The position numbers and the translations under genes were made by a program. Under the pieces are notes generated by a model. That model did not search any database and was not told the DNA's origin. It worked only from the letters and a program-made list of their open reading frames with translations. A DNA stretch of 40,207 bases from an uncultured Deinococcaceae bacterium (GTDB lineage: Bacteria; Deinococcota; Deinococci; Deinococcales; Deinococcaceae): the NCBI GenBank assembly GCA_964252075.1, contig CAXULY010000046.1:1-40207 (forward strand). Reading direction: 5' to 3'. Numbering within the stretch: position 1 is the first letter of the stretch; each line of letters begins with the position of its first letter. Positions 10,031-19,919 of this stretch are shown one piece after another.

Positions 10031-10063
10031 AAAAAAGGCAGGACGCCACCCGCGCGTCCCGCC
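10031..10063 (-). terminator. intrinsic terminator
   Basis: GGC(A)GGACGC/GCGTCC(C)GCC stem plus a T6 tract on the minus strand. Confidence 0.6.
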
Positions 10064-10084
10064 CGTGAATGCCCGCTTCGCTCC

Positions 10085-10240
10085 TCAGCCCGACTGGTGC
10101 AGCGTGACCTCCACCGCCCCTTCCGCCCGGTCCTCCGCGCGGGCCTCCTCGCCCACGACCGCGCACCGCTCGCACTCCACGTCACCCGCCGCCGCTGTCC
10201 GTCCGCACGCGCAGGTCCTCGCCTGCTCTCCGTCGCTCAT
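10085..10240 (-). CDS. small Cys-rich (CxC...CxxC) putative zinc-binding protein
   Basis: MSDGEQARTCACG...CERC. Confidence 0.45.
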   Translation of the reverse strand: MSDGEQARTCACGRTAAAGDVECERCAVVGEEARAEDRAEGAVEVTLHQSG

Positions 10241-10297
10241 CCCACCTTCCGCACGCACCCCCGCGCGACACGCGCGGGGGTGTCGTTCCTCCTTCAT

Positions 10298-11155
10298 TCA
10301 GAACGGCAGGTCCTCTTCCTCCGGCGGGAAGTCCTGCAGACCCTGATCGATGTCCAGCCCACCCGACTGCGCGGGCGCCGCGCGCTTCGTTCCACCCAAA
10401 GCGCCCGCCGCGACCGGCTCGCGCTTCGCCGCACCCTCCCGCTTCTCCTGACCCTCCGGTCGCTTGAGGGCCTGCACCAGGCTCGCCTCCACCTTCAACG
10501 TCGAGCGCTTCTGGCCGTCCTTGTCCTCCCACGACTCGTTCACCACCGAGCCTCGCACCAGCACCGGCGTGCCCTTCTTCAGGTCACGATGCGCCTCCGC
10601 CCGCTCACGCCACAGGGTCACGTCCACGAAGTGCACCTTCGACTGCGCCACGCCGCCCCGGTCCGTGTACGACTCGTTCACCGCTAGGCCCAGGGTCAGC
10701 ACCGCGTCCCCACTCGGCGAGGACCGCAGCTCCACATCGCGCGTCACGTTCCCGACGATCGTCACGTCCGCAAAGCCCCCCTGCATCCGCACCCCACCAC
10801 CCGCGTCGCGCGTCACCCCGAAGCCACCCTCCAGCGCCTCCACCCGCAGCACCTTCAGGCTCACCCGGCTGCGCTTCCCGTCCTCGCCCGTCCAGCTCTC
10901 GTGGTCCAGCGCGCACACCGCCAGCACCCCATCCCCCGCCGCAAGCCCACGCTCCGCCAGGAACTCCGCGCCCTTCCCGAGCTGCGCCGCTGGCAGGTAG
11001 AACGGCACCTTCTTCACCACGCCCTCGCGCACCACGTCCCGCTCACCGCCGAGCGTCAGGCTGATCTTTGCCGTGCCGTTCTGCCCGACGTACGTCAACT
11101 CCGGGTCGCGCACCAGCGTCGCCAGCACCGTCACCACATTCAGCATCTTCGTCAT
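10298..11155 (-). CDS. ssb: single-stranded DNA-binding protein, Deinococcus-Thermus double-OB-fold type
   Basis: Two OB repeats (LVRDPELTY; GNVTRDVELRS...SWEDKDGQKRS) and an acidic tail DFPPEEEDLPF. Confidence 0.95.
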   Translation of the reverse strand: MTKMLNVVTVLATLVRDPELTYVGQNGTAKISLTLGGERDVVREGVVKKVPFYLPAAQLGKGAEFLAERGLAAGDGVLAVCALDHESWTGEDGKRSRVSLKVLRVEALEGGFGVTRDAGGGVRMQGGFADVTIVGNVTRDVELRSSPSGDAVLTLGLAVNESYTDRGGVAQSKVHFVDVTLWRERAEAHRDLKKGTPVLVRGSVVNESWEDKDGQKRSTLKVEASLVQALKRPEGQEKREGAAKREPVAAGALGGTKRAAPAQSGGLDIDQGLQDFPPEEEDLPF

Positions 11156-11407
11156 CCTTGATCCCACCTTCCCGTCCGCCTCAGCCCGGCCTCCCCGGAC
11201 CCGCGAACCCTCGTGCCCGCCGAGCACCCCCGCGCCCTGTGCGGGGGTCAATTCCTCCCCCTCACCGCCCCACCCCACCACGTCACGCACGCTCAACCGC
11301 CCGAACACAAGTCCAGCGCGCACGCATCGCCGGACCCGCCAACCCCCACCTGCTCCACCACCCAGCGACGGGCGAAACACCCACAAACCTTGGGCTATAA
11401 GAGCCAG

Positions 11408-11590
11408 ATCGAACAATCGCCACTTTCATGGGTCGCGGGAATCGAACAATCACGAGAATCAGCACCAACCGGAAATCGAAGAATATTGAGAAACAGGATC
11501 TGAACACCTGCGTTCGCACGTGCTGCACCACTGCGGATTTCGACGAATCTCGAGAATGACGAGCGCGAACAATCGAACAATCTCGAGCTC
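11408..11590. repeat. phased direct-repeat array TCGAACAATCnCGAG (5 copies)
   Basis: Copies start at 11409, 11442, 11476, 11540 and 11573; ATCGAACAATC is exact three times. Confidence 0.8.
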
Positions 11591-11674
11591 CGCCACCAGG
11601 CTCCAGCGCGATCCCGGCACGGTCGATGCCACCTGTCGAAGCACGCTCGATACACAACGTCCCTGCTTCGAGCG

Positions 11675-12937
11675 TCAGCTCCTGTCGAACCAGCGGGTGG
11701 TCAACGCGTCCAGGTTCGCGTCGCGCCGCAGGCGATTCACGCGCGTTTTGGAGGGTGTACCCCACACGATGTCCTGGTACTCCCGCTTCCGGAACGACCG
11801 CACTTTGCGCAGCACGGTGTCCATCGAATACGCTCCCGAGTCGTACTCCACCGCGATGACTTCCCCGTCCGGTTGTGTCCACTCCGCATCCGGAATTTCG
11901 GCCACCAGTGCTCCTCTGAATTCCGCCGTCCAAGCGCCCGCCTTCACTCCCAGCTGGTGCCTGATCTCGGCGGTTCCGGCGAGGTGCGCGAGGTGATTGG
12001 CATCGTGATTCGCGAGGGTCTTGCGGGCGAGATAGAAGCGGGTGTGCTGCTCCGAATTCGGGTTGTTGTAGATGGGCAACACCAGGTCCTCCACGAACGG
12101 GACGCCGTGTAGATCCTGAGGGCCGAGGCCGTAGTGACGCCCCAGCTGCTCTCCGCTCAACACCAGATCACACGCGAGCGCTTCGTGCGCCAGTTGCACA
12201 CGTTCCTGTCGCACGCGACTGAGGATGTCGCGCGTCAGGTCCGGCAGGCCCAGGCGGTCGTGCGCGCCCGGAACCCCGGGTGCAATCAGTGGCCCCTGCG
12301 AGTCAACTGGAACCCCCCACCGCTCACCCATCGCGGTTCCCCCATGAAGACGCCGACCCCCTTGTTTTGTCGTTCTTGGTCGCTGCTGCACGATGCGAAA
12401 CAACGCCTCGTTGCGCTCCTCGAACGACCGCCCGCGCACACCGCTGGGCGTCAGCAGCACCACCTTGCGCCGCTCGAACAGCAGCTGCCCGTACAGGCCT
12501 TCGACGGTGCGTTTCATGCCGCTGGTGCTGTACCCGCCCGCCGTGAGGCGCGCCAGCACGTACGCTTCACCCTCGTCCGTCTGCACCAGGTGGTAGCGCT
12601 CCAGGCGGTCCACGTCCGAGGCCCGACCGCGGTGCGCGGGACGCAGCAACGTCCAGCCGAGATCGTCCAGACACAGCCGCAAATACAGGAGGTCGATGGC
12701 CTTGCTGGGACTCACAGTGGTGGCGTGCACGCCGAACGCCAGGACGTTTCCCGCGTGCCTCAGCAGCACCACGGGACCCATGTCGGTGGGGAGTTCGGTG
12801 AGCCACCCGGCGTCGATGAACCGCTCGTACCGACCAAGGTGTGCGGTGGCCTCAGTGGGCGTCCAGGCGCCCGCACGGAACAGCTGGCGGAACGCCGCGA
12901 GGTCCTGATGGGAAGGCGCACTGACGCGTCCGGTCAT
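11675..12937 (-). CDS. Replic_Relax-like (PD-(D/E)xK) putative relaxase
   Basis: HLAHLAG, IPDAEW, IAVEYDSGAYS...RKVRSF; last gene of the tra region. Confidence 0.7.
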   Translation of the reverse strand: MTGRVSAPSHQDLAAFRQLFRAGAWTPTEATAHLGRYERFIDAGWLTELPTDMGPVVLLRHAGNVLAFGVHATTVSPSKAIDLLYLRLCLDDLGWTLLRPAHRGRASDVDRLERYHLVQTDEGEAYVLARLTAGGYSTSGMKRTVEGLYGQLLFERRKVVLLTPSGVRGRSFEERNEALFRIVQQRPRTTKQGGRRLHGGTAMGERWGVPVDSQGPLIAPGVPGAHDRLGLPDLTRDILSRVRQERVQLAHEALACDLVLSGEQLGRHYGLGPQDLHGVPFVEDLVLPIYNNPNSEQHTRFYLARKTLANHDANHLAHLAGTAEIRHQLGVKAGAWTAEFRGALVAEIPDAEWTQPDGEVIAVEYDSGAYSMDTVLRKVRSFRKREYQDIVWGTPSKTRVNRLRRDANLDALTTRWFDRS

Positions 12938-13521
12938 GACGCGGCGTCACCTTGCGCCTTGAGTGTGGCGAGGCGAATTTCGAACAGCTGGTCGAAGTCT
13001 TCCTTGCCGGACATCAGGTCATCCAGGGTGGTGCGCGCGTCATGGCGCTGCTGCCGAATCGCCAGTCGGGACTTGCGTCTTGCGTCGTGCAGCCAGCGCG
13101 TCCAGCTGGAGTCGAGGCGCACGATTTCGTCTTCAACGTCCAGGGTTTTGGTGGTGTGGTCCGGCTCGATGACGGTGGCTTTGAAGGCCTCGCCATTCAG
13201 GATGGGCAGGGCCTTCACAAAGCCTTGTGCGACCGCTGCCGGGTAGGCGCGCAGCACGCCCGTGAGGTCCTCCGGTGGGAGGTCCTGAAGCAAGTCCTTG
13301 AGGGTGCTGTACTTCCGGGACTCGGGGTTCTTGCTGTGTTCGCTTTTGGTTCGCGCGGGTGTTCTGGGCTTCACCGATGCGCCGGCCTTGCGCGCTTTGC
13401 GGGGCGTAGCAATGGGCGTTTCGGGGCGCGTTGTGGGTGTCGTTTCTGACGGCTGGCGTTGAGCGGTCCGGATGGGTTCCGGGGCGGTGTCGGGGTTCAG
13501 TTTGGGAGCAGCTTCTGTCAT
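12934..13521 (-). CDS. putative relaxosome accessory protein
   Basis: SD GAGG; ATGA overlap with the relaxase; low-complexity N-terminus and helical C-terminus. Confidence 0.65.
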   Translation of the reverse strand: MTEAAPKLNPDTAPEPIRTAQRQPSETTPTTRPETPIATPRKARKAGASVKPRTPARTKSEHSKNPESRKYSTLKDLLQDLPPEDLTGVLRAYPAAVAQGFVKALPILNGEAFKATVIEPDHTTKTLDVEDEIVRLDSSWTRWLHDARRKSRLAIRQQRHDARTTLDDLMSGKEDFDQLFEIRLATLKAQGDAAS

Positions 13522-14075
13522 GATTGGACCTCATCGCCCACCATGCCAGCGCGTCAGCGTATGGGTGGATTTGCGTCGGTCACCCACGGCACCCCCAGGC
13601 GGCAGGTTGTCCAAGAAGGGATACTCAAGGTCATCTTCGGTGTTCCGCGGTGGTTACAAAACCCCTTGATTTCGTGTCGCTGGCACCGCTGCATGCCCAA
13701 CGGCCTGCACTCGCCGAAGTGGTTTTGCGCCCCGCTTTGCATGACGTTCGCATCGCCAATGACCCGTTCAATCAAGCCCGGTCCGCGCTGGTCAACAGTC
13801 CTCCGCGCGGCGTGTTGAACCGTCTGAACCTCGGGAAGCGTGGCCGCCACATGAGGATTGCCGCTGACTCCGCGCTCCGCACAGACCGCAGATGGCACAC
13901 CCATCCCACATGCGATTTCGTTGATTTCGGGTCGGCCCTGCTGGCGACCCTACCTCCCAAATTTCAGCGAGCGCGAGCCAGGTCGTGACTCCTCGCGGGA
14001 CTGACGTGACACCCCTCACGGTGGTCCGTCGACCCAATTGCGCCACTCAAAATGAACCTCGACGAACGCACAAAG

Positions 14076-14103
14076 AACAGCCACCCGAACGCGGGTGGCT
14101 GTT
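14076..14103 (-). terminator. terminator hairpin
   Basis: Perfect 12-bp stem AACAGCCACCCG-AACG-CGGGTGGCTGTT just after the ATPase stop. Confidence 0.75.
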
Positions 14104-14119
14104 GAAAAACGCCGTACCG

Positions 14120-15067
14120 TCAAGCCGCTGGCGGCCACACACCAACCTTCACGGTGGTCGGTTCACGGCCTGCCAGGAGGTCCGTCACGCTGCGGTTCAA
14201 TTCTGGGTGCACCAGGTACTGGCCCTTACCGTGCACCTCGATGGCACTGCCGAAACACGCGTCGCTGCGCTGCACCAGTTCGCGCGTCACCTCATCCACC
14301 GTGACGCCCAGCAGGGGCAACAGCGGCGGGTTGCGCAGCACGTCGTTCAGCACCCGACCGTGCATGCTGGCGATCACGGAAACGCCCAGGCGAGCCGCCG
14401 AAACGAGAAGGGGCACGTCGCCGTTGTACCCCACCTCGTCCATCAGAATTTCTTCCGGCCCGTGGTTGCGCACGGCGCGCCGCAACTTCGGCGCCTGCAT
14501 GTCCGGGTCGCCGACCTTGATGCGCCGCACGCGGCTGAGCATGGGGTGCGGTTCGTCTCCATCGCCGGTGATTTCGTTGCTGGAATCCACCACGATCAAC
14601 CCTGCACCGAGCACCTCCGCGCGGATGCGCGTGACGTCACGCAGGAGGGTCGTCTTGCCCACCGCGGGCGGTCCGATGATCGCCAGACCGTGCGCCGCCT
14701 CGACATAGTTCCTGAGGGGCTCGGCGACGCCCAGAATGGCGCGCGCGACGCGCACCGTGACCTTGTCGATCAACTCGTATTCATCGCGCTCTGCGCTCAC
14801 GCGGTGCAGTGTCCCACGCAAGCCCGCGCGCCCATCATCCCTGAACTTCCCAACCTTCATCTGGGTGCTCAGCAGGTCGTCCCGCGTCACGCGCAACCCG
14901 TACTCCACACGCAGGCCGTCGATCTTCAACCGCAGGTTCTGCCCGGCGTCCAGCACGATCTCTTCAATCAGGTGAATGTGGGGTTGCACGAGGTCCGCGA
15001 TGTGTGCCGGAAGGACATTCAGGACCGCCTGGTACTCCGACCAGGCGGTGATGTCCTCCGGCTTCAT
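14120..15067 (-). CDS. SpoIIIAA/Ycf45-like AAA ATPase
   Basis: [56 protein letters not shown]. Confidence 0.85.
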   Translation of the reverse strand: MKPEDITAWSEYQAVLNVLPAHIADLVQPHIHLIEEIVLDAGQNLRLKIDGLRVEYGLRVTRDDLLSTQMKVGKFRDDGRAGLRGTLHRVSAERDEYELIDKVTVRVARAILGVAEPLRNYVEAAHGLAIIGPPAVGKTTLLRDVTRIRAEVLGAGLIVVDSSNEITGDGDEPHPMLSRVRRIKVGDPDMQAPKLRRAVRNHGPEEILMDEVGYNGDVPLLVSAARLGVSVIASMHGRVLNDVLRNPPLLPLLGVTVDEVTRELVQRSDACFGSAIEVHGKGQYLVHPELNRSVTDLLAGREPTTVKVGVWPPAA

Positions 15068-15903
15068 GGCTGGCCGTCCTGCATTTCTGATTGCGCCGAG
15101 ACTGGCGTCGCAGGGATTGCATCAAAGCTGTCGGTCGCCGCGATGACCGTGAAGCTGGACGGTGACGCACTGGCGCCTTGAGGCGAACTTGGCAGCAGCC
15201 TCACCACGAGGAATCCGCCTGTCGGAGTGTCTGTTGCCGCCGGAGATTGACCGGCGCTTTTTGCGGTGGTGGGGGTACTGGGCGCGAGCTTCGGAGACGC
15301 GCTCGCGTTGACCCAGGAGGGATTCGAACGCGGCTTGCTGACGGCCTGAACGCCGCTTTTGAGGGTGCCCGCAACCGCCTTCATTGGGGTGGTGGACGGC
15401 TGAGCGCCGGCCAGGTTTGCGCGTGCGGGCATGGGAGTGGGCGTCGTTTTGGGCGCGAAGGTTGCGACGAGCTGCGCGTACGTTCCCAGCACTTTCGTGA
15501 CGTACCGCTGCGTTTCTGCGAACGGCGGAATTCCGCCGAATTTCTGCACGGCACCTGGACCGGCGTTGTACGCGGCGATCGCTTTGGGCCAGTCGTGGAA
15601 GGTGTCCCATTGTTGCCGGAGGTGGTGCGCGGCCCCCCAGATGTTCTGCTGCGCGTCGTAGGGATTCACGTGCATGCCGCGCGCGGTGGCAGGCATCAAC
15701 TGCCCGTACCCAATGGCGCCAGCGGAACTCACCGCCCTCGGGCAGAAGTTCGATTCGGTCCACACCAAAGCGGTCAGCAGGTGTTCCGGAAGGCCCTGAT
15801 TCTGCGCCATGCGTTCCACGAACGCGCGGGTGGGTTCGTCGATCGCGCCGCATGCCAGCGCCGCGCCATGAACGGCCAGCGCGAGGGTCAATGCGGCCTT
15901 CAC
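15064..15903 (-). CDS. lytic transglycosylase (SLT, VirB1-like)
   Basis: [40 protein letters not shown]; signal peptide. Confidence 0.93.
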   Translation of the reverse strand: MKAALTLALAVHGAALACGAIDEPTRAFVERMAQNQGLPEHLLTALVWTESNFCPRAVSSAGAIGYGQLMPATARGMHVNPYDAQQNIWGAAHHLRQQWDTFHDWPKAIAAYNAGPGAVQKFGGIPPFAETQRYVTKVLGTYAQLVATFAPKTTPTPMPARANLAGAQPSTTPMKAVAGTLKSGVQAVSKPRSNPSWVNASASPKLAPSTPTTAKSAGQSPAATDTPTGGFLVVRLLPSSPQGASASPSSFTVIAATDSFDAIPATPVSAQSEMQDGQP

Positions 15904-16103
15904 ACGGGGCCACTTTCGTCACTCTGGAAGCCTTGCAGGGTCCGCAGCGCTTCGAGGGCGAGGGTGGTGATTTGACGAATTTCGTGACGCAGGATGAGCA
16001 GCAGCAGCGTCATGATCGCCCCGCTCCACTGGCCGATCACGAACAGCAGCAGGACCAGCAAGGCGAACAGGATGGTGACGAGGCGGGCGTTGTCTTTGAG
16101 CAT
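15900..16103 (-). CDS. small 2-TM membrane protein
   Basis: SD GGAGG; hydrophobic; GTGA overlap with the SLT gene. Confidence 0.7.
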   Translation of the reverse strand: MLKDNARLVTILFALLVLLLFVIGQWSGAIMTLLLLILRHEIRQITTLALEALRTLQGFQSDESGPV

Positions 16104-16208
16104 GATGGTTCCTCCTGCTTCCCGTTGTAGGTGCGCCCTGCCGCAAAGGAAACCGCGAGCGCGTTCAGGCGCTCGCGGTGGACAAGGTCTTGACCGTGCG
16201 GGGGACGG

Positions 16209-16559
16209 TCAGATCGTGCGGGTGTGGACGTTCGACTCCCGCCGCACCAGCTCGTCCGGCACGGTCAGGGGCAACGGCACGCTGTCGTTGGTGATGTATT
16301 GCTGGCCACCACTGACGACCCATTCCAGCAGGTGCGTGAAGAACTTTGGGGGGATGATTTCCAGCACCCACTCCGTCGCTTTCAGGATCACGTACCAGTA
16401 CACGGCGCCGCACAGGAGGATGTAGATGATGCCCGTCATGAACAGCCCGACGACCCAGAACAGCACGAACGCCGGGAGCATCGACCACAGGATGCTGTTC
16501 ATGTTGATGCCCATGATGGTGCGCGGAAAGTTGAATTTGAACATCGGTGTGGGTTCCAT
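16209..16559 (-). CDS. VirB3-like membrane protein
   Basis: SD AAGGAGG; 2 TM segments; directly follows the pilin gene. Confidence 0.6.
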   Translation of the reverse strand: MEPTPMFKFNFPRTIMGINMNSILWSMLPAFVLFWVVGLFMTGIIYILLCGAVYWYVILKATEWVLEIIPPKFFTHLLEWVVSGGQQYITNDSVPLPLTVPDELVRRESNVHTRTI

Positions 16560-16625
16560 CCCTGGACCTCCTTGGGTCAAGCAGAAGGCGGCGCCAGGTC
16601 AGCGCCGCCTGAACCGGGTTTCAGG

Positions 16626-17036
16626 TCAAGCGCCGCAGTCCACGCCCTCTGGGACGATGCCGAAGGACTTGGCGATGGGCACCAGCTTCTTGACGAGGAA
16701 AAAGCCGATCAAGCCGCTCGCGGCGAGGACCATGCCGCCACGGACCTTGAGCCAGATCATGATGCCGCCCGCGACAAAGAGCACCAGGGCGATCACGCTC
16801 ACGAATGCGGATTTGGCGATGGCGTCCAGGTTCTTGCAGATCTGCGTGGCGGCGGGGTTCAGGCTGCTGTCCAGGTCATCGGCGGCCGTGGCGTGTGCGT
16901 TGCCGCTCAGCGCCAGGACGACCGCGAGCAGCGCGAACGCCAGGAGGGGCAGGGCGAGGTGGGCCTTGCAGAGCGCGGTGTGCGCTTGGGCGGAGCGGGT
17001 GCGAGGGATGCGGACGGGGTGCTGAATGTTCATCAT
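16626..17036 (-). CDS. VirB2/TrbC-like pilin precursor
   Basis: Long signal peptide ending AHA, then two hydrophobic helices; SD GGAGG. Confidence 0.7.
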   Translation of the reverse strand: MMNIQHPVRIPRTRSAQAHTALCKAHLALPLLAFALLAVVLALSGNAHATAADDLDSSLNPAATQICKNLDAIAKSAFVSVIALVLFVAGGIMIWLKVRGGMVLAASGLIGFFLVKKLVPIAKSFGIVPEGVDCGA

Positions 17037-17095
17037 GATTGCCTCCAAGGGCATTGTGCTTGCGCGATACTTTCTGCGATTTACCGCATGGGGCG

Positions 17096-19096
17096 TCACT
17101 GTCCGAAGCTGCCCTGCGTGGTGACCGGCCCGTACACGAGCGCGAACTGTGCGCCCACGGGGAGCTGTGCGACCGTCACGAAGGTGTTCTGGGTGGGGGG
17201 CAGCTGGAAGACGCCTGCGGCGCTCCCGGCTACGCTCTGCAGGATGCTGGGCGCGTTGCGCTGCACGACGGCGGTGCTGCCGTTCGTGGTGGTCGCCGTC
17301 GCTTGGATGGTGGCGTCCACGAAGTCCTTCACGCCCGACACCGCCGCGCGGATCAGGTCGTTCGCGAGGGTCGGTGCGATGTCCCGGTACTGCGCCTTGA
17401 GGCCCGGTGTGCCGTCCAGGTTGTACGCGCTGGCGGTCACCGCCACTTCCGTGCCGCCTTTCAGCAGCGCCCGATCGAAAATGATGTTCACGCGCTTCGC
17501 GGGGTCCAGGCTGACCGTGCCGCGCCACAAGGTGCCGTCCGCGGTGGACGCGTAGACCGGCAGGGTGCTGGCGCCCTGCGCGACGTTGATGCCGGTGGTG
17601 AGGGTCGCGAGGACCCGCTGGCCCAGTCGGTAGGGGCTGGGGGCACTGGGCACGCTCGGCGCCTGCGCCGTGACGGGCGGGACTGGGGCGGGTGCGCTGA
17701 CCGCCGAGACTGGAATGGCCGGCGTCTCACCCGCAGTGACGGGAGCGACGGAAGTGGTCGGATCGAGCGCGGCTGTGGCGCCTTGACTGCTCGTTGCGGT
17801 GGCGGGAACGACGGTGGTCGTGGTGATGGCGCGTGGCGCCGCGACGAACACCATGAGGCCCCCGCGCGCTGCTTCGCCGCCCGCCGCGCTGTTCGCCTCA
17901 CCCGCGCTGGATGTGGACGCTCCGGCCGACGCGCCGCCCGGCGTCTGACCGGCGCCCTTGACGACGGCGAGGCCCGCAGCGTCCGACGTTCGGAACGCGG
18001 CGGTCACGCCGTTCGCGCCAGCCGCACGGCCCTGTCCCTGACGGTTGGTGCGGATCACGGCCACCGTCACGGGTGGGGGGGCCACCTTCGGCGCCGGTGC
18101 GGCCGCCGAGGCAGCGGGCAACACCGCCACACCAGCCCCTGGCTGGTTTTGCAAGGGCAACCGCACCTCAGCTTGCCCTTGTGGCGCTTGCGGCGCGGGC
18201 GCGACCTGCCGGGCGAGTGGCGCGGGCACGAGCTGACGCGCGAGCGGAACGGGTGCCTCGCTGACCTGGATGGGCGCGGGCACCACGCTGCTGCGCGCTG
18301 AGGGGGGCACGAACACCGGACTCGAGGGTGCCGTGTCGAACGACGGCGGGGGAGGGGTGTCGCTCCCCGCGCCGATCGGCACTCGCGCCGCCGTGGGAGG
18401 AGCGCCGATGGGGGCCGCCGTGACCGCCGCACCCCCCGCGCCCAGGGTGGCGGCAGTGGATGAGCCGGTGGTGGACGCAGCGGTCGTCAACAGGCCTGCC
18501 GCACTGGCGTTCCCGGCATTCATGGGGGGAACGTCGCCCGCCACCGACGCGCCAGACGCGGCTTGCACCGCGCGGGTGCGGGCGGTGGACGCGCCCGTGG
18601 TCTTCACGCCCGTCACGGCCGCCACGTTCTTCTTCGGGCCGCTGTCCGTTGGGCTGAAGAACACCCCGATGAACAGGGCACCCGCCACGACCGCCCCAGC
18701 GGTGAGGGCCATCTGCTTGTTGAAGACCTCCTCGCCCTGCGCGTTGCGGGTCATGAACAGCCGACGCAGCCGCTCGCGCGGAAGGCTGGAGCGCCGGGCG
18801 TTCTGATCGTAAAGCTTCAGGACGGCGTTCGTCTCGTCCATCGTGCGGTCCCGCACCATGCCCTGCACCGCCGCGGCCAACGACGGATTCGAGCTGCGCA
18901 ATTCCTCCACGAGGTCCTGGAACTGCGGGTTGCCGGGGCTCGGGTCGTCCGGTAGGGTGTAGCCCAGCTTCACAAGCTGCGGTTCGAGCTTCTCGCGTTG
19001 CGAGGGGTCATACGAAAACAGGGACGGGACGTCCGGGGTTTCTTTCGGTGCGGTGGGATGGGCAGGCGGCTGGGTGCGTTTGAAGGGATGTGCCAT
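17096..19096 (-). CDS. VirB10/TrbI-like T4SS core protein
   Basis: Single TM segment, long Pro/Ala-rich linker, C-terminal beta domain (RVNIIFDR...AYNLDGTPGL). Confidence 0.7.
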   Translation of the reverse strand: MAHPFKRTQPPAHPTAPKETPDVPSLFSYDPSQREKLEPQLVKLGYTLPDDPSPGNPQFQDLVEELRSSNPSLAAAVQGMVRDRTMDETNAVLKLYDQNARRSSLPRERLRRLFMTRNAQGEEVFNKQMALTAGAVVAGALFIGVFFSPTDSGPKKNVAAVTGVKTTGASTARTRAVQAASGASVAGDVPPMNAGNASAAGLLTTAASTTGSSTAATLGAGGAAVTAAPIGAPPTAARVPIGAGSDTPPPPSFDTAPSSPVFVPPSARSSVVPAPIQVSEAPVPLARQLVPAPLARQVAPAPQAPQGQAEVRLPLQNQPGAGVAVLPAASAAAPAPKVAPPPVTVAVIRTNRQGQGRAAGANGVTAAFRTSDAAGLAVVKGAGQTPGGASAGASTSSAGEANSAAGGEAARGGLMVFVAAPRAITTTTVVPATATSSQGATAALDPTTSVAPVTAGETPAIPVSAVSAPAPVPPVTAQAPSVPSAPSPYRLGQRVLATLTTGINVAQGASTLPVYASTADGTLWRGTVSLDPAKRVNIIFDRALLKGGTEVAVTASAYNLDGTPGLKAQYRDIAPTLANDLIRAAVSGVKDFVDATIQATATTTNGSTAVVQRNAPSILQSVAGSAAGVFQLPPTQNTFVTVAQLPVGAQFALVYGPVTTQGSFGQ

Positions 19097-19127
19097 GCCG
19101 CCATCGTCGCTGCGCTTCGGTGTTCGG
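19097..19127 (-). promoter_or_regulatory. shared tra promoter-like motif upstream of the virB10-like gene
   Basis: CACCGAAGCGCAGCGA ends 10 nt before ATG, identical to the copy upstream of virD4. Confidence 0.7.
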
Positions 19128-19230
19128 GCGCGTCTCGTCCCGGCCGCCCCCCTGGCCTCTGCGGGCACCACACGGCGACCGCCCACTTTGCGGCGCCTCA
19201 CCCTCAAACGCGCCTGTACTCTGGGAGGCC

Positions 19231-19833
19231 GTGCTGCCCATTCGCGTCTTCCTCGCCGGTCTGCTGCTCGCCGTGACCTCCGCTTCCGCCACACCCGTCA
19301 AGGCGCAGACCGTGCCCGCTGGGCAAGCCGCCAGCCTGGGCGTGGCGTGGTGGGTGTGGGCCCTCACCGCGCCACGAGATCATGATCCGGTGAAGGACCT
19401 CACCGGAGCGGACTGCGCCGCCCAGCAGCCACGGGAGGCGTTCTTCCTCGCGGGCACGTACCTGGATGGCGTGGCCATCCACCGCACCTGTACGGTCCCT
19501 GTGGGCCGTGCGGTGTTCTTTCCGGTCGTCAACGTCCGCGCGCTGGGCCAGGACGCCGCTTCGTGCGCCAGGACCATGACCTCCTCCGTCAACGACATGA
19601 ATGCCGCGTTGACCACCGTGCGGGTCACTCTCGACGGTCACCCGCGGCCGTTCGTGCGTGGCGCCACCGGTGGAGGCCGCGCCTGTGTGATGCTGCAGAA
19701 AGGCCTCTGGCTGGGTGTGGACGGCTACTGGAGTACCGTGACCTTTCGAGACCCTGGTGCGCACACCCTGAAGTTCAGAGGAGCGTTTGGTGGCTTCACG
19801 CAGAACGTGACGTACACCCTTCACGCGCGTTGA
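19231..19833 (+). CDS. secreted conserved hypothetical protein (WWxWA...TGxxC...FLAG type)
   Basis: Signal peptide; WWVWAL, DLTGADC, FFLAG, RTCTVPVGRAVFFPVVN, DGYW. Confidence 0.8.
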   Translation: MLPIRVFLAGLLLAVTSASATPVKAQTVPAGQAASLGVAWWVWALTAPRDHDPVKDLTGADCAAQQPREAFFLAGTYLDGVAIHRTCTVPVGRAVFFPVVNVRALGQDAASCARTMTSSVNDMNAALTTVRVTLDGHPRPFVRGATGGGRACVMLQKGLWLGVDGYWSTVTFRDPGAHTLKFRGAFGGFTQNVTYTLHAR

Positions 19834-19919
19834 CAGGGCTGACCCATCGTGATGGACCGCGCCGCACAAGGTTCACGGCGGTGCGGTCCTTGAGCGCGGT
19901 CAGGGCACGCCCAGCGTCG

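Noticed and set aside
11408..11590. CRISPR or guide-RNA array
   Set aside because: Repeats are only ~15-18 bp and degenerate, spacers ~15 bp, and no cas or similar effector gene is in the window
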